Source: an uncultured virus (IMG/VR IMGVR_UViG_2643221868_000001) | Taxonomy: Duplodnaviria > Heunggongvirae > Uroviricota > Caudoviricetes | Virus record (IMG/VR): IMGVR_UViG_2643221868_000001 | Location: 23,769 to 87,768 of that record | Direction: 5' to 3' (one strand) | DNA length: 64,000 nt | Shown here: piece by piece, positions 46,034 through 56,393 of the stretch | Layout of the letters: each line of letters starts with the position of its first letter | Position numbering within the stretch: position 1 is the stretch's first letter | Translations under genes and position numbers: made by a program | The notes under the pieces: model-generated | What the model saw: only the letters and a program-made list of their open reading frames with translations | Databases searched by the model: none | Told to the model about the DNA's origin: nothing

Positions 46034-46109
46034 TGGTGCCGGCGGGGTGGAATCGAACCCCCGACCTTCAGCTTACAAGGATGCTGCTCTGCCACTGAGC
46101 TACGCCGGC
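46034..46109 (-). tRNA. tRNA-Thr(TGT), atypical or possibly pseudo
   Basis: Perfect acceptor stem GCCGGCG/CGCCGGC, D arm, TTCGATT loop and encoded CCA; two mismatches in the anticodon stem and one bulged base in the T stem. Confidence 0.8.
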
Positions 46110-46251
46110 TTAAGCCTAGCGTGTGCTCGTTCGGATGATGATGGCCTCGGACATGGCAGCTTCCGATAATCTCCGGGGCGGCAACCCTGCGGTCGCAATT
46201 CTCACCCGTATGAACGTCACCACATCATGGTTTGAACGCCGTGTCAACCGC

Positions 46252-46863
46252 CTACTTCCAGCAACGGTGGAGGGCGTTTAGGCCAATGCGAAGCGCCCCC
46301 AATTCCGCGTCGTTCCGCGGGTCTTTCAGCATGACGCCAATGGCAACGAGAGCACCAGCACACGCGGCCCATTCGCCAGTGTCGGCGAGCGCAGTCTGCG
46401 CCTCGTGCCACTGCGCCTTGATCTTGTCGGCCTCCTCGAAGGTCATGTCGCGCGAGGTCGCCTTTCCACCGGGCGCGTCGCTGATGGCTTGGCATGGGAA
46501 CTTCGGCGCGACGCCGACCACCTGATGAGCATAGCGCTGATAGAGCTCAATGTACTTCTCACTCGCGTTAAGCTGATCAATGGTGATCGTGCCGGCGAGG
46601 TAGAGCCGGCCGATCGGGAAGCCGGCTTTCGGATCACGGGCGCCAAGCGTTTGGTTCAGTCGAGGCGACTTCACAGAGCGCCTGTGAGGCTGGTTGAGAG
46701 CCACAGATAGGGCTTCGGTCTCGGTCATGTCTTCCTTGGCCTTCCTGGCCTCGCTACGGCCCTTGCGGGTGGTTGGGCGCTGGGGTTGCCCGCTTGCCTC
46801 GCGACGGGGCGCTGCGAGGCTCCGGAAGCGTTCGACTTGTTCGGGTGACTTGGCGAAAGCCAT
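46252..46863 (-). CDS. Putative late-gene regulator
   Basis: Last early gene before the late leader (Q-like position); function inferred from synteny only. Confidence 0.5.
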   Translation of the reverse strand: MAFAKSPEQVERFRSLAAPRREASGQPQRPTTRKGRSEARKAKEDMTETEALSVALNQPHRRSVKSPRLNQTLGARDPKAGFPIGRLYLAGTITIDQLNASEKYIELYQRYAHQVVGVAPKFPCQAISDAPGGKATSRDMTFEEADKIKAQWHEAQTALADTGEWAACAGALVAIGVMLKDPRNDAELGALRIGLNALHRCWK

Positions 46864-46891
46864 CGGGCGTCTCCGGGTGTCGGGGTGAGGG

Positions 46892-47221
46892 TTAGGCGGA
46901 GGGAGGGGTTAGAAACGAGGCCAAGACCTCGATCCGCCGCGCACTGCCGATCTCGAATGCCCGCTGCGAACCTTTCAGCTGGATCGATCCGAAGTCGTTG
47001 TACGGCTCACGAACGATGATGCCGGCCACGACCAGCTCGTCGACAGCGTCCTGAACACTCCGCATCGTTTTGTGAGGCTTGTGCGAGGTCACGACATCGC
47101 GCGGACTCATGCCGAACCATCGGGCGCATAGGCTCCGTGCTTCTTCGCTTAGCTCTCCCACGGTCCCCTCCTCTGTTTCGGTTCTGGCGAAGCTGGCGGC
47201 TTTGTCGGTGAGGGGAGGCAT
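46892..47221 (-). CDS. Hypothetical protein
   Basis: Coupled ORF in the operon. Confidence 0.55.
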   Translation of the reverse strand: MPPLTDKAASFARTETEEGTVGELSEEARSLCARWFGMSPRDVVTSHKPHKTMRSVQDAVDELVVAGIIVREPYNDFGSIQLKGSQRAFEIGSARRIEVLASFLTPPSA

Positions 47222-47520
47222 CAGGCGGGCTCCGCCAAATCGTCTCTGGTGAGTTGCGTCCGCACACCCTGCGTGGACTTCGAGCCGCGCGTTGGGCTGA
47301 ACTCGTCCAGGATCGTCTCAACGATGTGAGAGACATGCCTGGGCTCCTTGATGCCCAGATCGAGAAGCGTTCGGACGACGTAGAAGCCGTACTCGTTCAC
47401 TAGCTTCCGCATGGCCGGGGATAGGTCGTCGATGGAGCCCATGCGCCTCTGACGGCGAGCGTCGATTAGGGCGGAGAACTCTGGGGCAGACAGATCAGAT
47501 AGCTTCCGGTCGCCCATCAC
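47221..47520 (-). CDS. Hypothetical protein
   Basis: Coupled ORF in the operon. Confidence 0.6.
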   Translation of the reverse strand: MMGDRKLSDLSAPEFSALIDARRQRRMGSIDDLSPAMRKLVNEYGFYVVRTLLDLGIKEPRHVSHIVETILDEFSPTRGSKSTQGVRTQLTRDDLAEPA

Positions 47521-47738
47521 TCGCTCCTATTTCGGGAGAATTCAGAGACGGCCCAGCCAACCGCGTAGGCTACAAGCATCGCCAAAAAGACGACGTAGCT
47601 GCTGCTCGGCTGGCCAAGCGCCTTGAGAGCGATCTTGTCCGTCACGGAGAGAACCAACATCGCGAAAATGATCAGAGCTACGTTCATCGCGCGTCCCTCT
47701 CTGCGGTCGGGGACTGACGGGGAGAGGTCATGGATCAC
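47517..47738 (-). CDS. Small membrane protein
   Basis: Two hydrophobic segments; overlaps both neighbours. Confidence 0.55.
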   Translation of the reverse strand: MIHDLSPSVPDRREGRAMNVALIIFAMLVLSVTDKIALKALGQPSSSYVVFLAMLVAYAVGWAVSEFSRNRSE

Positions 47739-48982
47739 TCCGCTGCCATGAGGACGGGAACGGACATGGCCTCGACGGCTTCGATGCGTCGGCCGATCCA
47801 GCGCATCGCGTTGACGGCCATGGAATTGCCCAGAGCCTTGTAGCGAGGGCCGTCGGCCATCATCCCGCGCGTGGTCGGGACGAGCGTGTAGTCGCGAGGA
47901 AATCCTTGCAGGGCCTCACACTCGCCTGGGGTTAATCGCCGGACGGCCCAGCCTTGTTGGACGCCGGGAAACCGCGTGGTGTCGAGGGTGTTGGCAAGGT
48001 CGGGAGAGGCATCAACGTTACGTGGCGCCCAACCGCTGTTCAGAGCGGACACCGTGAAAGCGACTGCTGGCGCATGTGCGCCAGACGCAAGAGGATGGCA
48101 CGGATCACCAGCCTGCGGATTGGAGCGGTTCGCAGCGCTCGTAATCTGGGTCGTGTCAAAGGCAATAGGTACGATGGGCGTACCTCGGCCTGTACCGTCC
48201 TCGCTGGCATCAAAGCCCTCGGCACGCAGACTGTGCGAAACGCCGAGTTCTATGAGAGCGTGAGGCTTGTCGCCCCCACCGGTTGAAGCACGAAGGGTAT
48301 GCCCAACCTCGTCGCCTAGTTCGCAGGCGGCACCGCCGTCTCGGCCACGCATTGCAATGCTGAAAGCAGCGCTGGCGGTAATTCCCGCCCCCGCAATACG
48401 GCGCGGCGCAAGATCCCCGCGCAAGCTCGCGCGCTCAAAAAGTACCGCTGCGGCACGGCGCCAATCTCCAAGATATCCGACAACGAACACACGCCGGCGT
48501 CGTTGAGGGACAGCCCGTCCAAATCCGTCCACTCGGACGTACTGAGCGTCAAGCACTCGGTAGGCGACGCCATACCCGAGTTCGCCCATGCCCCCGAGAA
48601 TGGCACCAAAGTCCCGTCCTCCGTTCGATGACAGGACGCCGGGGACGTTCTCCCAGACCAACCATCTGGGGCGCAGGCGCTGAGCCAGCCTAAGATACTG
48701 GAGGGCCAAGTTGCCACGGTCGTCTGCCAAGCCGCCTCGGAGCCCGGCGACCGAGAAGGACTGACAGGGGGTTCCGCCCACGAGAAGGTCGATTGTACCG
48801 TACTGGCCGTCTTGGATCGTCGTGAAGTCGCCATGGAGCGGCACACCCGGGTAATGGTGGGACAGGACCGCGCGCGGCGCGGCGTCGATCTCAGAGAAGA
48901 ATTGCGGCTGCCAACCGAGCGGGTGCCACGCGACGGTGGCGGCCTCGATGCCGGAGCAGACGGAGCCGTAGCGAAGCGTCAT
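47735..48982 (-). CDS. C5 DNA cytosine methyltransferase (orphan)
   Basis: Motifs VCSGIEA, GGTPCQSFS, WENVPG, QRRRRVF, RRLTPGECEALQGFP and YKALGNSM. Confidence 0.95.
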   Translation of the reverse strand: MTLRYGSVCSGIEAATVAWHPLGWQPQFFSEIDAAPRAVLSHHYPGVPLHGDFTTIQDGQYGTIDLLVGGTPCQSFSVAGLRGGLADDRGNLALQYLRLAQRLRPRWLVWENVPGVLSSNGGRDFGAILGGMGELGYGVAYRVLDAQYVRVDGFGRAVPQRRRRVFVVGYLGDWRRAAAVLFERASLRGDLAPRRIAGAGITASAAFSIAMRGRDGGAACELGDEVGHTLRASTGGGDKPHALIELGVSHSLRAEGFDASEDGTGRGTPIVPIAFDTTQITSAANRSNPQAGDPCHPLASGAHAPAVAFTVSALNSGWAPRNVDASPDLANTLDTTRFPGVQQGWAVRRLTPGECEALQGFPRDYTLVPTTRGMMADGPRYKALGNSMAVNAMRWIGRRIEAVEAMSVPVLMAAE

Positions 48983-49169
48983 GCCGCCACCTCGTTCGTG
49001 AATAGCGCCACGACCCACATCGGGACCAAGGCGACCAACGCCAGGCGCAGGATCATTCCCCGCGTCAGCTCCACCTGCTGCTCATCCCGTCCGGTCAGCA
49101 GCACCCCGCCCCGGTCGTCCCGGTCTGCGCAGACGGTCTTCTCGCCCTTGGAGGTGAGGAGGAGGCGGG

Positions 49170-50096
49170 TCATGCTGCCCTCACTGAAAGCAGGTTGTGG
49201 ACGCCGTGAAAGTCCCTCGGCGCGATGCCGAACTCCGTCAGGAAGCGTTGCGGGACTTTGGTTTTCGGGCTGTCCGGTGGGCTGGAATGGCGGGAGAGAT
49301 CCCACTGGCCGCCGGTCTTCTTCCACTGGCGGAGGGCGTCTCTCCAGCGGTCGTCTGAGAGCCGGGCGAGGTAATCCTCGGAGGATACGGCTACCGGCTG
49401 AGATTGGCCGCCGAGGTAGTCCTTCCATTTTCCAGAGAAGAGGAAGGCATCCGCTGATTTCACATACTGCGTGCCGATGTTGCCGAGGTCGGCCTGCTCG
49501 GCGGCATAGTTGCGCGCAGATCGCTCAAGGTCGGCTTCGGACGCGCCATTCTTGATCGCTGCGTCGTAGCGCTTCCGAGCTGTCTCGGTTGGGAATGAGC
49601 TTTTCTTTTTCGGGAATGCGGCTCTGAAATTGGCGAAGCCAGCGTCCGTCCCCTTGGGGACTATAGGGGTATTAATAGGTGTAGGTGTAGGTGCTTTCCG
49701 TTCGCTTTCGTTCTGCTTTCCGTTTTCATAACCTGATGCTTTGCCCAGATCGTTATTTTCCAATGACTTAGGTCGCCCACCTTGCTTGCCGGCGGCGCGT
49801 TTCTTCTCGACTTTTTCCGTGACGAATTCGTGCTCGCGAGTGAGCCTTTTCTGCGTCCAGAACCCATCGTCGAGAGACCAGAACGCCATTACGGCGGGCT
49901 TCAGGGATGACCAGCGCTTGGCCGTCAGACCAAGCATCCGAGTGATGCGAGCATCGTCATCGGGCAGGCGGCAGTCCGGCGAGCGCCAAGCGAACATGAG
50001 GAGGCGAAGGTAGGCGCCATGCTCCTCATTGGTCAGGTGAGCCGTGTCCGCGATGTAGGCGTCCGTGAACAGCGGCAGGCTTGGGAATGCGCTCAT
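49170..50096 (-). CDS. Replication initiator (YdaU/DUF1376-like)
   Basis: LPLFTDAYIADTAHLTNEEHGAYLRLLMFAW N-terminus. Confidence 0.85.
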   Translation of the reverse strand: MSAFPSLPLFTDAYIADTAHLTNEEHGAYLRLLMFAWRSPDCRLPDDDARITRMLGLTAKRWSSLKPAVMAFWSLDDGFWTQKRLTREHEFVTEKVEKKRAAGKQGGRPKSLENNDLGKASGYENGKQNESERKAPTPTPINTPIVPKGTDAGFANFRAAFPKKKSSFPTETARKRYDAAIKNGASEADLERSARNYAAEQADLGNIGTQYVKSADAFLFSGKWKDYLGGQSQPVAVSSEDYLARLSDDRWRDALRQWKKTGGQWDLSRHSSPPDSPKTKVPQRFLTEFGIAPRDFHGVHNLLSVRAA

Positions 50097-51505
50097 TGGG
50101 CCATCTCCGCGAGGACGTTGCAGGCGATGTCGCAAAAGCAGTCGATGCGAACCGTGGGGCCGGATCGCTGCTTCAGGATCTCGATTTCGAGGACGTTGCG
50201 ACGGTGGCAGAGACGGTCTGTCTCCTCGTCCGTCCGCTCGACTTTCCGCTCCAGGTAGTAGGCCTCCCGGAAGAGGCCGATCACCACGTCAGCGTCCTGC
50301 TCGATGGAGCCGCTGTCGCGGAGGTCGGACAGGACTGGGCGCTTATCCTCCCGGCTCTCGACGCTTCGGTTGAGTTGCGAGAGGGCCACCACAGGCGAGC
50401 CAAGTTCCTTCGCCAGCCCCTTGAGGGCTGCGGAAATCTCGGTGATCTCTTGGACCCGGTTGCCGGCGTAGCGCTTGGATGGGCGGATGAGGCCGATGTG
50501 ATCCACCACCAGGGCGGCGAAGGGCATTCCCATCCGCTCGGCCCGCATCTTCATCTGACGGGCGCGTGCGCTGATCTGAGAGATGGTCAGGCCAGGCTGC
50601 TGCTCAATCCAGAGCGGAATGTCGGCGCACTCATCGGCGGCGCGGCGCAGGCGCTCCATGGCTACCCGAGAGAGGCCACGCGCCTCCGCGATGGACCGAT
50701 AGCTGATCTCGTCGAATTCGCGGGGATTGTAGGCTGCCGAGGCGAGGACGCGCTCGGCCAGCTCGTCAGCGCCCATCTCCAAGCTGACGAAACCAACGGC
50801 GCCTGCAATGCGGGCGCTGGACATACCGATGTGAATGGCAGTCGCCGTCTTTCCCATGCCGGGCCGGCCGGCGAGAATGATAAGCTGGTTCTCGCGCATA
50901 CCGAGGGTGGCGCGGTCGAGGCTGGGAAGGCCGTAGGGGGCACCCGTGATGACCCGCCCTGCCCTAGCGTTGTCCACGCGGGTAATGACGCTCTGGACGC
51001 TTTGGCCGATGGAGGTACGGCGCAGCCCAGAGGACAGGGCTGACGTCGCCACCTCGTCCAGATCCTCAATCATCTGCGCGGCGTAATCGGCGGGGCTCGC
51101 GACCGCGCCGGCCATCATGGCGGCGGTGCCGGCCTGACAGGTCTCCAGCACCCGTCGCATCTGTGCAGCCTGGGCAATGAGGCGGGCATAGCCAGGCGCA
51201 CCGCTCACGGTGGTGGCCTCTGCAACGAGGCGGCCGAGATACTGGCCCACCGTCGCGCCACCGAGATCGGCATTGCCGAGGACGGCCTTCATAAGCTTGA
51301 AGTCGATGGTCTCGCCGACATCGCGGCGCTGGCACATCGTCTCGAAGATGTGGCGGTTCACGTCCTCGGCGAAATCCTCCGCGCGCACGTACTCGCGCAC
51401 ACGGTCGAGGATATCCGGGTTGTGAAGCACAGCACCAATCAGGCCCTGCTCGGCCTCGATAGCGTTCGGGGGCGCCTCTGCGCCAGGATGCGCGTACCCA
51501 CTCAT
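50093..51505 (-). CDS. dnaB: DnaB-like replicative helicase
   Basis: LAGRPGMGKT, SLEM, VALSQLNR and DLRDSGSIEQDAD motifs. Confidence 0.95.
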   Translation of the reverse strand: MSGYAHPGAEAPPNAIEAEQGLIGAVLHNPDILDRVREYVRAEDFAEDVNRHIFETMCQRRDVGETIDFKLMKAVLGNADLGGATVGQYLGRLVAEATTVSGAPGYARLIAQAAQMRRVLETCQAGTAAMMAGAVASPADYAAQMIEDLDEVATSALSSGLRRTSIGQSVQSVITRVDNARAGRVITGAPYGLPSLDRATLGMRENQLIILAGRPGMGKTATAIHIGMSSARIAGAVGFVSLEMGADELAERVLASAAYNPREFDEISYRSIAEARGLSRVAMERLRRAADECADIPLWIEQQPGLTISQISARARQMKMRAERMGMPFAALVVDHIGLIRPSKRYAGNRVQEITEISAALKGLAKELGSPVVALSQLNRSVESREDKRPVLSDLRDSGSIEQDADVVIGLFREAYYLERKVERTDEETDRLCHRRNVLEIEILKQRSGPTVRIDCFCDIACNVLAEMAQ

Positions 51506-51723
51506 CCGCGGCGACGCTGCGCCAGCGAGTGATCAACGGCCTCGTGTGCCGCGGTCTGCTCAGGGGTCTGGAACAGCGTCAGGAAGGTGCGCCAAGCCTT
51601 GCCAGCGGCGATCCCGTCAGAGAGGTTGCGGCTGTGCTCAGCGGCGTCACGGGCTCGCACATAGCTATCCCAAGCCGCAGCAGCGCGGTCCTCTTGGTGA
51701 CGCGTGAAGTCGACCACGTTCAT
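51502..51723 (-). CDS. Hypothetical protein
   Basis: Stop codon overlaps the dnaB start. Confidence 0.6.
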   Translation of the reverse strand: MNVVDFTRHQEDRAAAAWDSYVRARDAAEHSRNLSDGIAAGKAWRTFLTLFQTPEQTAAHEAVDHSLAQRRRG

Positions 51724-52175
51724 GCGGTTACTCCTTCGATAGCTTGGAGAGGGCGGCGTAGCGACTGATCACAAAGCGTCGCGGCAACGACGGCATAGCG
51801 TTCAGGAGAGCGAGGGCTTCGGCGCGGCGCGCAGGTTCTGCGACCCGGCCAAGAGCGATGGCAGCGGGGCGAGCCTCGGGAGCGGCCGCACACGCCTTTG
51901 TCAGACGCAGGGCGAGCTTGCCGCGCATGGCATTGGTGAGGTTGTCGGCGAATGGTCCCAAGCCGTGGAAGTCGCAGCCGGTCATGCGCGCCTCGCTTGC
52001 ACGAGGAGGTCACGCCTACAGAGTTGCTGCCGGGCCAGAACGCGAGCGACGTTGGCTTCTGAGATGTTGAGGCGCGCACCGATCTCAGCGGTGTCGTTGC
52101 GCTCCCACCACAGATCAGCGATCTCGGCGCGCTGACGGTGCGTCAGATTTTCGAAGGGGGTGAGCGCGACCTGCT

Positions 52176-52571
52176 TCATGCCGACACCTCGGCAGATGCG
52201 ATGGCGGTCTTGCGCGTCGGGACGGCCTTCGTCTCCATGACGCGTACGAAGGCGCCGTCCACGTTCGGCGACCATTCCATCTCGATCCGCTGGCAGGCGC
52301 TGTCGTCCGACACAGCACCGACGCTGACCAAAAGATCCGAAAGGGCCTTCTCGAGGTTCCCTAGGTCACGACGCCGGTTGTCCGGCTTCCCGATCTGGAT
52401 GTTGAGCGCGTAGGGACCGTCAATCCGCTTCGCCCGGATCGCCAGCTTGGCGACTATGGACGCTTCCTTGATCCATGCTTTGTAGGCATCCGTCTTCCGA
52501 CGGCCCTTGCCGGACACGCTGAAGAACAGGTTGTTCGTTGAAGGCGGAATGGCGACGGTAAAGCAGATCAT
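52176..52571 (-). CDS. rusA: RusA-family Holliday junction resolvase
   Basis: IPPSTNNLF and PDNRRRDLGNLEKALSDLL...DD motifs. Confidence 0.9.
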   Translation of the reverse strand: MICFTVAIPPSTNNLFFSVSGKGRRKTDAYKAWIKEASIVAKLAIRAKRIDGPYALNIQIGKPDNRRRDLGNLEKALSDLLVSVGAVSDDSACQRIEMEWSPNVDGAFVRVMETKAVPTRKTAIASAEVSA

Positions 52572-53059
52572 GGTCGCACTGCCTCTAGAATGGCAGCGAC
52601 CGGCTCATCGGCTTGATTGTCGTACTTGCTGCCTGCGTAGGTGCGCTCTGGCGGCGCAACCATCTGGTGGAAGACGATTTGTGCGATCGGCTGGCCGGCT
52701 TTGATGACGACCGGGCCAGACGCGTGGCAGACGATTTCCAGCGTCAAGAAACCGGTCCATCCCGGCTCTAGGCAGGTATTAAAGCAACTCACGCCTTGGC
52801 GAGCCATCGTGCTCTTGTCGAGGACGAAGGCCATCACATCTTCGGGGATCGCGAAGTGCTCCACCGTGGAGGCAAGGCTGAATTCGCCCTGGTGGAGGGT
52901 GAGATCCTGCTTGATGCGCACGTCGTACCCGCCATGGCTCAAGCCGAAGCTGAGACCGGTCTCGTGAACACTGCGCTCGACGAACGGCTCGACGATGTGA
53001 CGGCGTTCGCCATCAACAAGAACGCCGCGCTCGCGGATCATGTAATCGGAGAGGATCAT
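52568..53059 (-). other. dcd: dCTP deaminase
   Basis: GLSHGGYDVR, DKSTMARQG, LEPGWTGFLTLE, IAQIVF and YAGSKYDNQ motifs. Confidence 0.88.
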
Positions 53060-53415
53060 GCTGCCCCCCGATCTTCGTTGCGAAGGCGGGACTTCAGTCC
53101 CGCGATGCCCGCTTCGATCTCTTCCAACGCTCCAACATCGCGGCGAAGAGCGCCCAAACGGACTGCCAGAAGCTCGTTCTCAAGGGCTTGGATCTCCAGC
53201 CGGACTTGCTTCTCAACGGCTTCCTGAAGCACCACCAGCAATTCGGCGCTCACCGTCTTTGGCGACCTGAACAAGAGCCCCCAGATCGACCCATGGGGCT
53301 GCCGCAGCCGAGCGGCGACATGCTTGGCGACTTCCTTGATTGGCTGCCCCGTAACGCGCGCCTCGCTCTCAACGAGACGGCGCGCATAGGTGCTTGCGAT
53401 GGTGACAGTCGTCAT
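53056..53415 (-). CDS. Hypothetical DNA-binding protein (CII-like position)
   Basis: Helical ORF downstream of the Cro region; function inferred from synteny. Confidence 0.45.
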   Translation of the reverse strand: MTTVTIASTYARRLVESEARVTGQPIKEVAKHVAARLRQPHGSIWGLLFRSPKTVSAELLVVLQEAVEKQVRLEIQALENELLAVRLGALRRDVGALEEIEAGIAGLKSRLRNEDRGAA

Positions 53416-53722
53416 CACCCTGCCCTTTGGTTGCGTGATTTGTGAATGGTGGTTGCGCACAGCGTGACCAGCTCCGTGGGAGACATCGTCTCGGCCACGG
53501 AGGGTTGGTTATGCGGAACGGAGGAGATCTGAAGGTTGGCCGGCTGATCTTTGAGGAGATCGCAGCTGACGAGACGTACCTGGAACACCTGGAAGCAGTC
53601 AGACAGAGCGGACGACGCTACACACCCGGCAAGGTGTGCAACCGACCGTCCGTCAAAGAGCGTCCGAAGGCCGGCAAGCCGCGGAAGCCGAAACAACTCG
53701 AAATGGATCTGAGCGCACGGGG

Positions 53723-54103
53723 TCATGCTGAGACCCCGAGCCGCTTGGCAACGCGGATGCAGGACGCCGCAACGTGCTCACCATGGCGCTGAGCGATGAG
53801 ACAGTACCGAGGGTGCCATTGATCGCTGACCCAACCCGGCACCTCAAATTCCCGAGGAGCATTTGGCGGCCGACCACCTACACGCGGCCTATAATCAGGG
53901 TGCCCCTGAAGAGTGATGCAAATGAGCGCTTTGTAGGTGCCCATCTGGGCAGCGATCTCTTGCAGCGAAAACCCGCACTGATAGAGCGCCACCATCTCAT
54001 CCGCACGCTTCGTCCAATAGTTATTGCGCCGTTTCTTAGGGCGATAAAGAGTGTGCCCTCTGACGACCTGCGACGTGCGCTCTTCAATGCATCCACCAGC
54101 CAT
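53723..54103 (-). CDS. HTH-containing hypothetical protein
   Basis: GFSLQEIAAQMG pattern. Confidence 0.5.
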   Translation of the reverse strand: MAGGCIEERTSQVVRGHTLYRPKKRRNNYWTKRADEMVALYQCGFSLQEIAAQMGTYKALICITLQGHPDYRPRVGGRPPNAPREFEVPGWVSDQWHPRYCLIAQRHGEHVAASCIRVAKRLGVSA

Positions 54104-54437
54104 CGCTCAAGCTCCCAGAAGCCAAGCGACGAGCATCGCTGCAATCCACGGGGCGAGCACGTAGGGGATGGGACTGTCGATGAGGGGCAGCCGGCTCTCG
54201 AAAGGGCCGACCAGATCGAGCGAACCCATCTGATCGGCCAAGCCGAGGGAGGAGCAACGCCCGTCATGGGCCTCGGACGCGCGGATGCGCGGAACGGTGA
54301 GAACGCTCATCGGATCGTATTCCATTTGAGAGGAGCGGAGATCGGGGTGAGGTCAGGGCCGGGGCCGCGGATCACCACGAAGGCGACCCAGGCGGCACAG
54401 ATGGCCGCCACGACGAGGCAGAGAGCGCCTTCGGTCG

Positions 54438-55127
54438 TCATGCCGCCGGCCCCTTCTTTACGGCGGGACGATCTTCTTCCTCTGGCTCAGAAAGCGTCCA
54501 CCATGCCGCAGCGGCACCATTCTCGCGCACCCACTCCGCTTCTATCTGGAGAAGGGTCCGCTTATTCTCTTCGTCTTGGATAGCTTGGTTGTGACGATCA
54601 ACTTCCTCGAACTGTGCATCTGTGGCGGCACGCGCTTCGTTGATTGTCTTAAGTGTAATATCGTGACGCCCTGCGTCGTTCAGAAGAAGGGAGGCTGCCG
54701 ACCAATACTGAGCGCTGATCATATTGGGCGCTACGACCCAAGTTGGCAGACGCATTCTCCGTGCGAGAGCCTCGGGGCCTCCGATAACCGCAAGGATCTC
54801 TTGGTGAAGGCAACGTTCACGCCCCCAAGCATTATCAGGAAAATTTCGCCCAGAGTTGCGCTTGATGAGAGGGATAGGCAGGTCTTCGTAGCCGAAGTTT
54901 TCGGATGTCATCTCATCAGAGAACGTAAACCACTCTCCCGTCAGACGGCGGGCGGCAAATCTCTGATGAAGGGCGCTTTCCTCATCGCGACCTCCTTTGA
55001 CAATCCTGATGATGCGCAGTGCGACAGACTGGTTGGTCTGCAATTGCCGAAGGCGCTTAACAACGTCATTGGCAATCCCGATCTTGACGGGGCCGGTGAC
55101 GCCTTGCCGAATGAAGTACACCGCCAT
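54438..55127 (-). CDS. GIY-YIG / T5orf172-domain protein
   Basis: VYFI...VKIGIA...RLRQLQT...ESALHQRF...GEWF pattern. Confidence 0.8.
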   Translation of the reverse strand: MAVYFIRQGVTGPVKIGIANDVVKRLRQLQTNQSVALRIIRIVKGGRDEESALHQRFAARRLTGEWFTFSDEMTSENFGYEDLPIPLIKRNSGRNFPDNAWGRERCLHQEILAVIGGPEALARRMRLPTWVVAPNMISAQYWSAASLLLNDAGRHDITLKTINEARAATDAQFEEVDRHNQAIQDEENKRTLLQIEAEWVRENGAAAAWWTLSEPEEEDRPAVKKGPAA

Positions 55128-55381
55128 CAGAGAGCCTTTCCATGGTGGTCTGCGCTGTCAGCGGAGATGATTGCTGGCGAGAAGAGATCAGGGCGCAGCT
55201 CATGCCGGGGAACGCCGGTGGCTTGCTCGATCTTGGCGACCCACTCTGCGGGTGCGCCGCGCTTGCTCTTGTTTAGCCAGGTCCAGACGTTCGACTGCGT
55301 CGTGCCAATGGCATTCGCTAGGCGAAGTTGGCCCTTTTTGATTTCAGTAGCGCGAGCGAGGGCTTCATGGGCGGGACTCAT
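55127..55381 (-). CDS. cro: Cro-like repressor
   Basis: QLRLANAIGTTQSNVWTW...IEQATGVPRHELRPDLF; divergent from CI. Confidence 0.88.
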   Translation of the reverse strand: MSPAHEALARATEIKKGQLRLANAIGTTQSNVWTWLNKSKRGAPAEWVAKIEQATGVPRHELRPDLFSPAIISADSADHHGKAL

Positions 55382-55394
55382 ACCGACCGTATAT

Positions 55395-55429
55395 ACCGGA
55401 AAAACGGTACATTCAACCGCTATTCCGGT
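55395..55429. promoter_or_regulatory. Operators between cro and cI (ACCG-N6-CGGT x2)
   Basis: Palindromes at 55395-55408 and 55416-55429. Confidence 0.75.
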
Positions 55430-55464
55430 TGGGACGGTCGGTTAGTGTGTCGGTAGCAGGCGTT

Positions 55465-56193
55465 ATGGAACACCTCGGCAACCGATTGAAATCAGCCCGT
55501 GAACGTGTTGGCCTGTCTCAAGCAGAGCTAGCAGAGCGAGTGGGCATGTCGCAGCAAGGGGTGGCTGACATCGAAACGAAGGGCGGTAGGCCTCGAAAGC
55601 TCATCGAGATCGCGCGCGCCTGTGGTGTGTCGCCAGAGTGGTTGCTAGGCGAGACGCAGGACCGGGGCGGCGAAGTTCCATCGGAAGGCCTAAAGCCGCG
55701 ACAGGTGCGGCAGGCTTCGCCTTCATCAGCTTCTCGAAAGACGCTGCCGGAGTACGATATCCGAGCTGGGGCCTCCTACGGCGGCGGAATGGATGACCAG
55801 GCTTGGCAGAACGGCGATGTCGCTGGGCATGAGCCGGTAGCAGCATGGGGCCTGCCTTCTGCCTACGTCGAGAAAGAGCTCGGCCTTACATATGGGTTTG
55901 CCGACATCCTTCCGGTGCGCGGTGATTCCATGGACGACGGAAGCGCCAAGGCTCTGACCTCGGGGGACCGCGTGGTGATAGACCGGAAAGACACCGATCC
56001 GCGCCAGGGCGGGATTTTTGCGGTCTGGGATGGAGATGGCGTAATCATCAAGCAGGTGGAGATCGTTCGCAACTCGAACCCGCCGCAGATCGTCTGCACT
56101 TCTCGGAATGCTTATTACAAACCGATCATTCTCAATATGGACGGCAACGTTCACATTATTGGCAGGGTCTCCGCGAAATTCTCTCGGATGTAA
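55465..56193 (+). CDS. cI: CI-like repressor (XRE HTH + S24 peptidase)
   Basis: N-terminal HTH; cleavage-region IRAGAS; VRGDSM and IIKQV motifs. Confidence 0.92.
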   Translation: MEHLGNRLKSARERVGLSQAELAERVGMSQQGVADIETKGGRPRKLIEIARACGVSPEWLLGETQDRGGEVPSEGLKPRQVRQASPSSASRKTLPEYDIRAGASYGGGMDDQAWQNGDVAGHEPVAAWGLPSAYVEKELGLTYGFADILPVRGDSMDDGSAKALTSGDRVVIDRKDTDPRQGGIFAVWDGDGVIIKQVEIVRNSNPPQIVCTSRNAYYKPIILNMDGNVHIIGRVSAKFSRM

Positions 56194-56327
56194 CCGGAGC
56201 GTCCATCATTAGACGGCCAACGCCTCGCCCCGCGCGAGGCGTTTCTGTTTCTGTGGAAAAGAACGAGCGGTACGGGGGACCGGAAACCGCACGATCCGAC
56301 CGGAAAATACCGAAACGGTAGAACACG

Positions 56328-56370
56328 ACCGGAATACCGGTTGACACCGATACCGGAATTTCGGTAGGTT
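56328..56370 (+). promoter_or_regulatory. pL-like promoter with two ACCG-N6-CGGT operators
   Basis: TTGACA at 56341-56346; operators at 56328-56341 and 56352-56365. Confidence 0.75.
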
Positions 56371-56393
56371 GTCTTCATCAGCTCCCCGAGCCG

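Noticed and set aside
46034-46109. tRNA as an integration site or prophage boundary
   Set aside because: No duplicate of its 3' end was seen in the window, and phage genes continue on both sides.
47735-48982. Restriction-modification system
   Set aside because: No cognate endonuclease is adjacent; orphan methyltransferases are common in prophage early regions.
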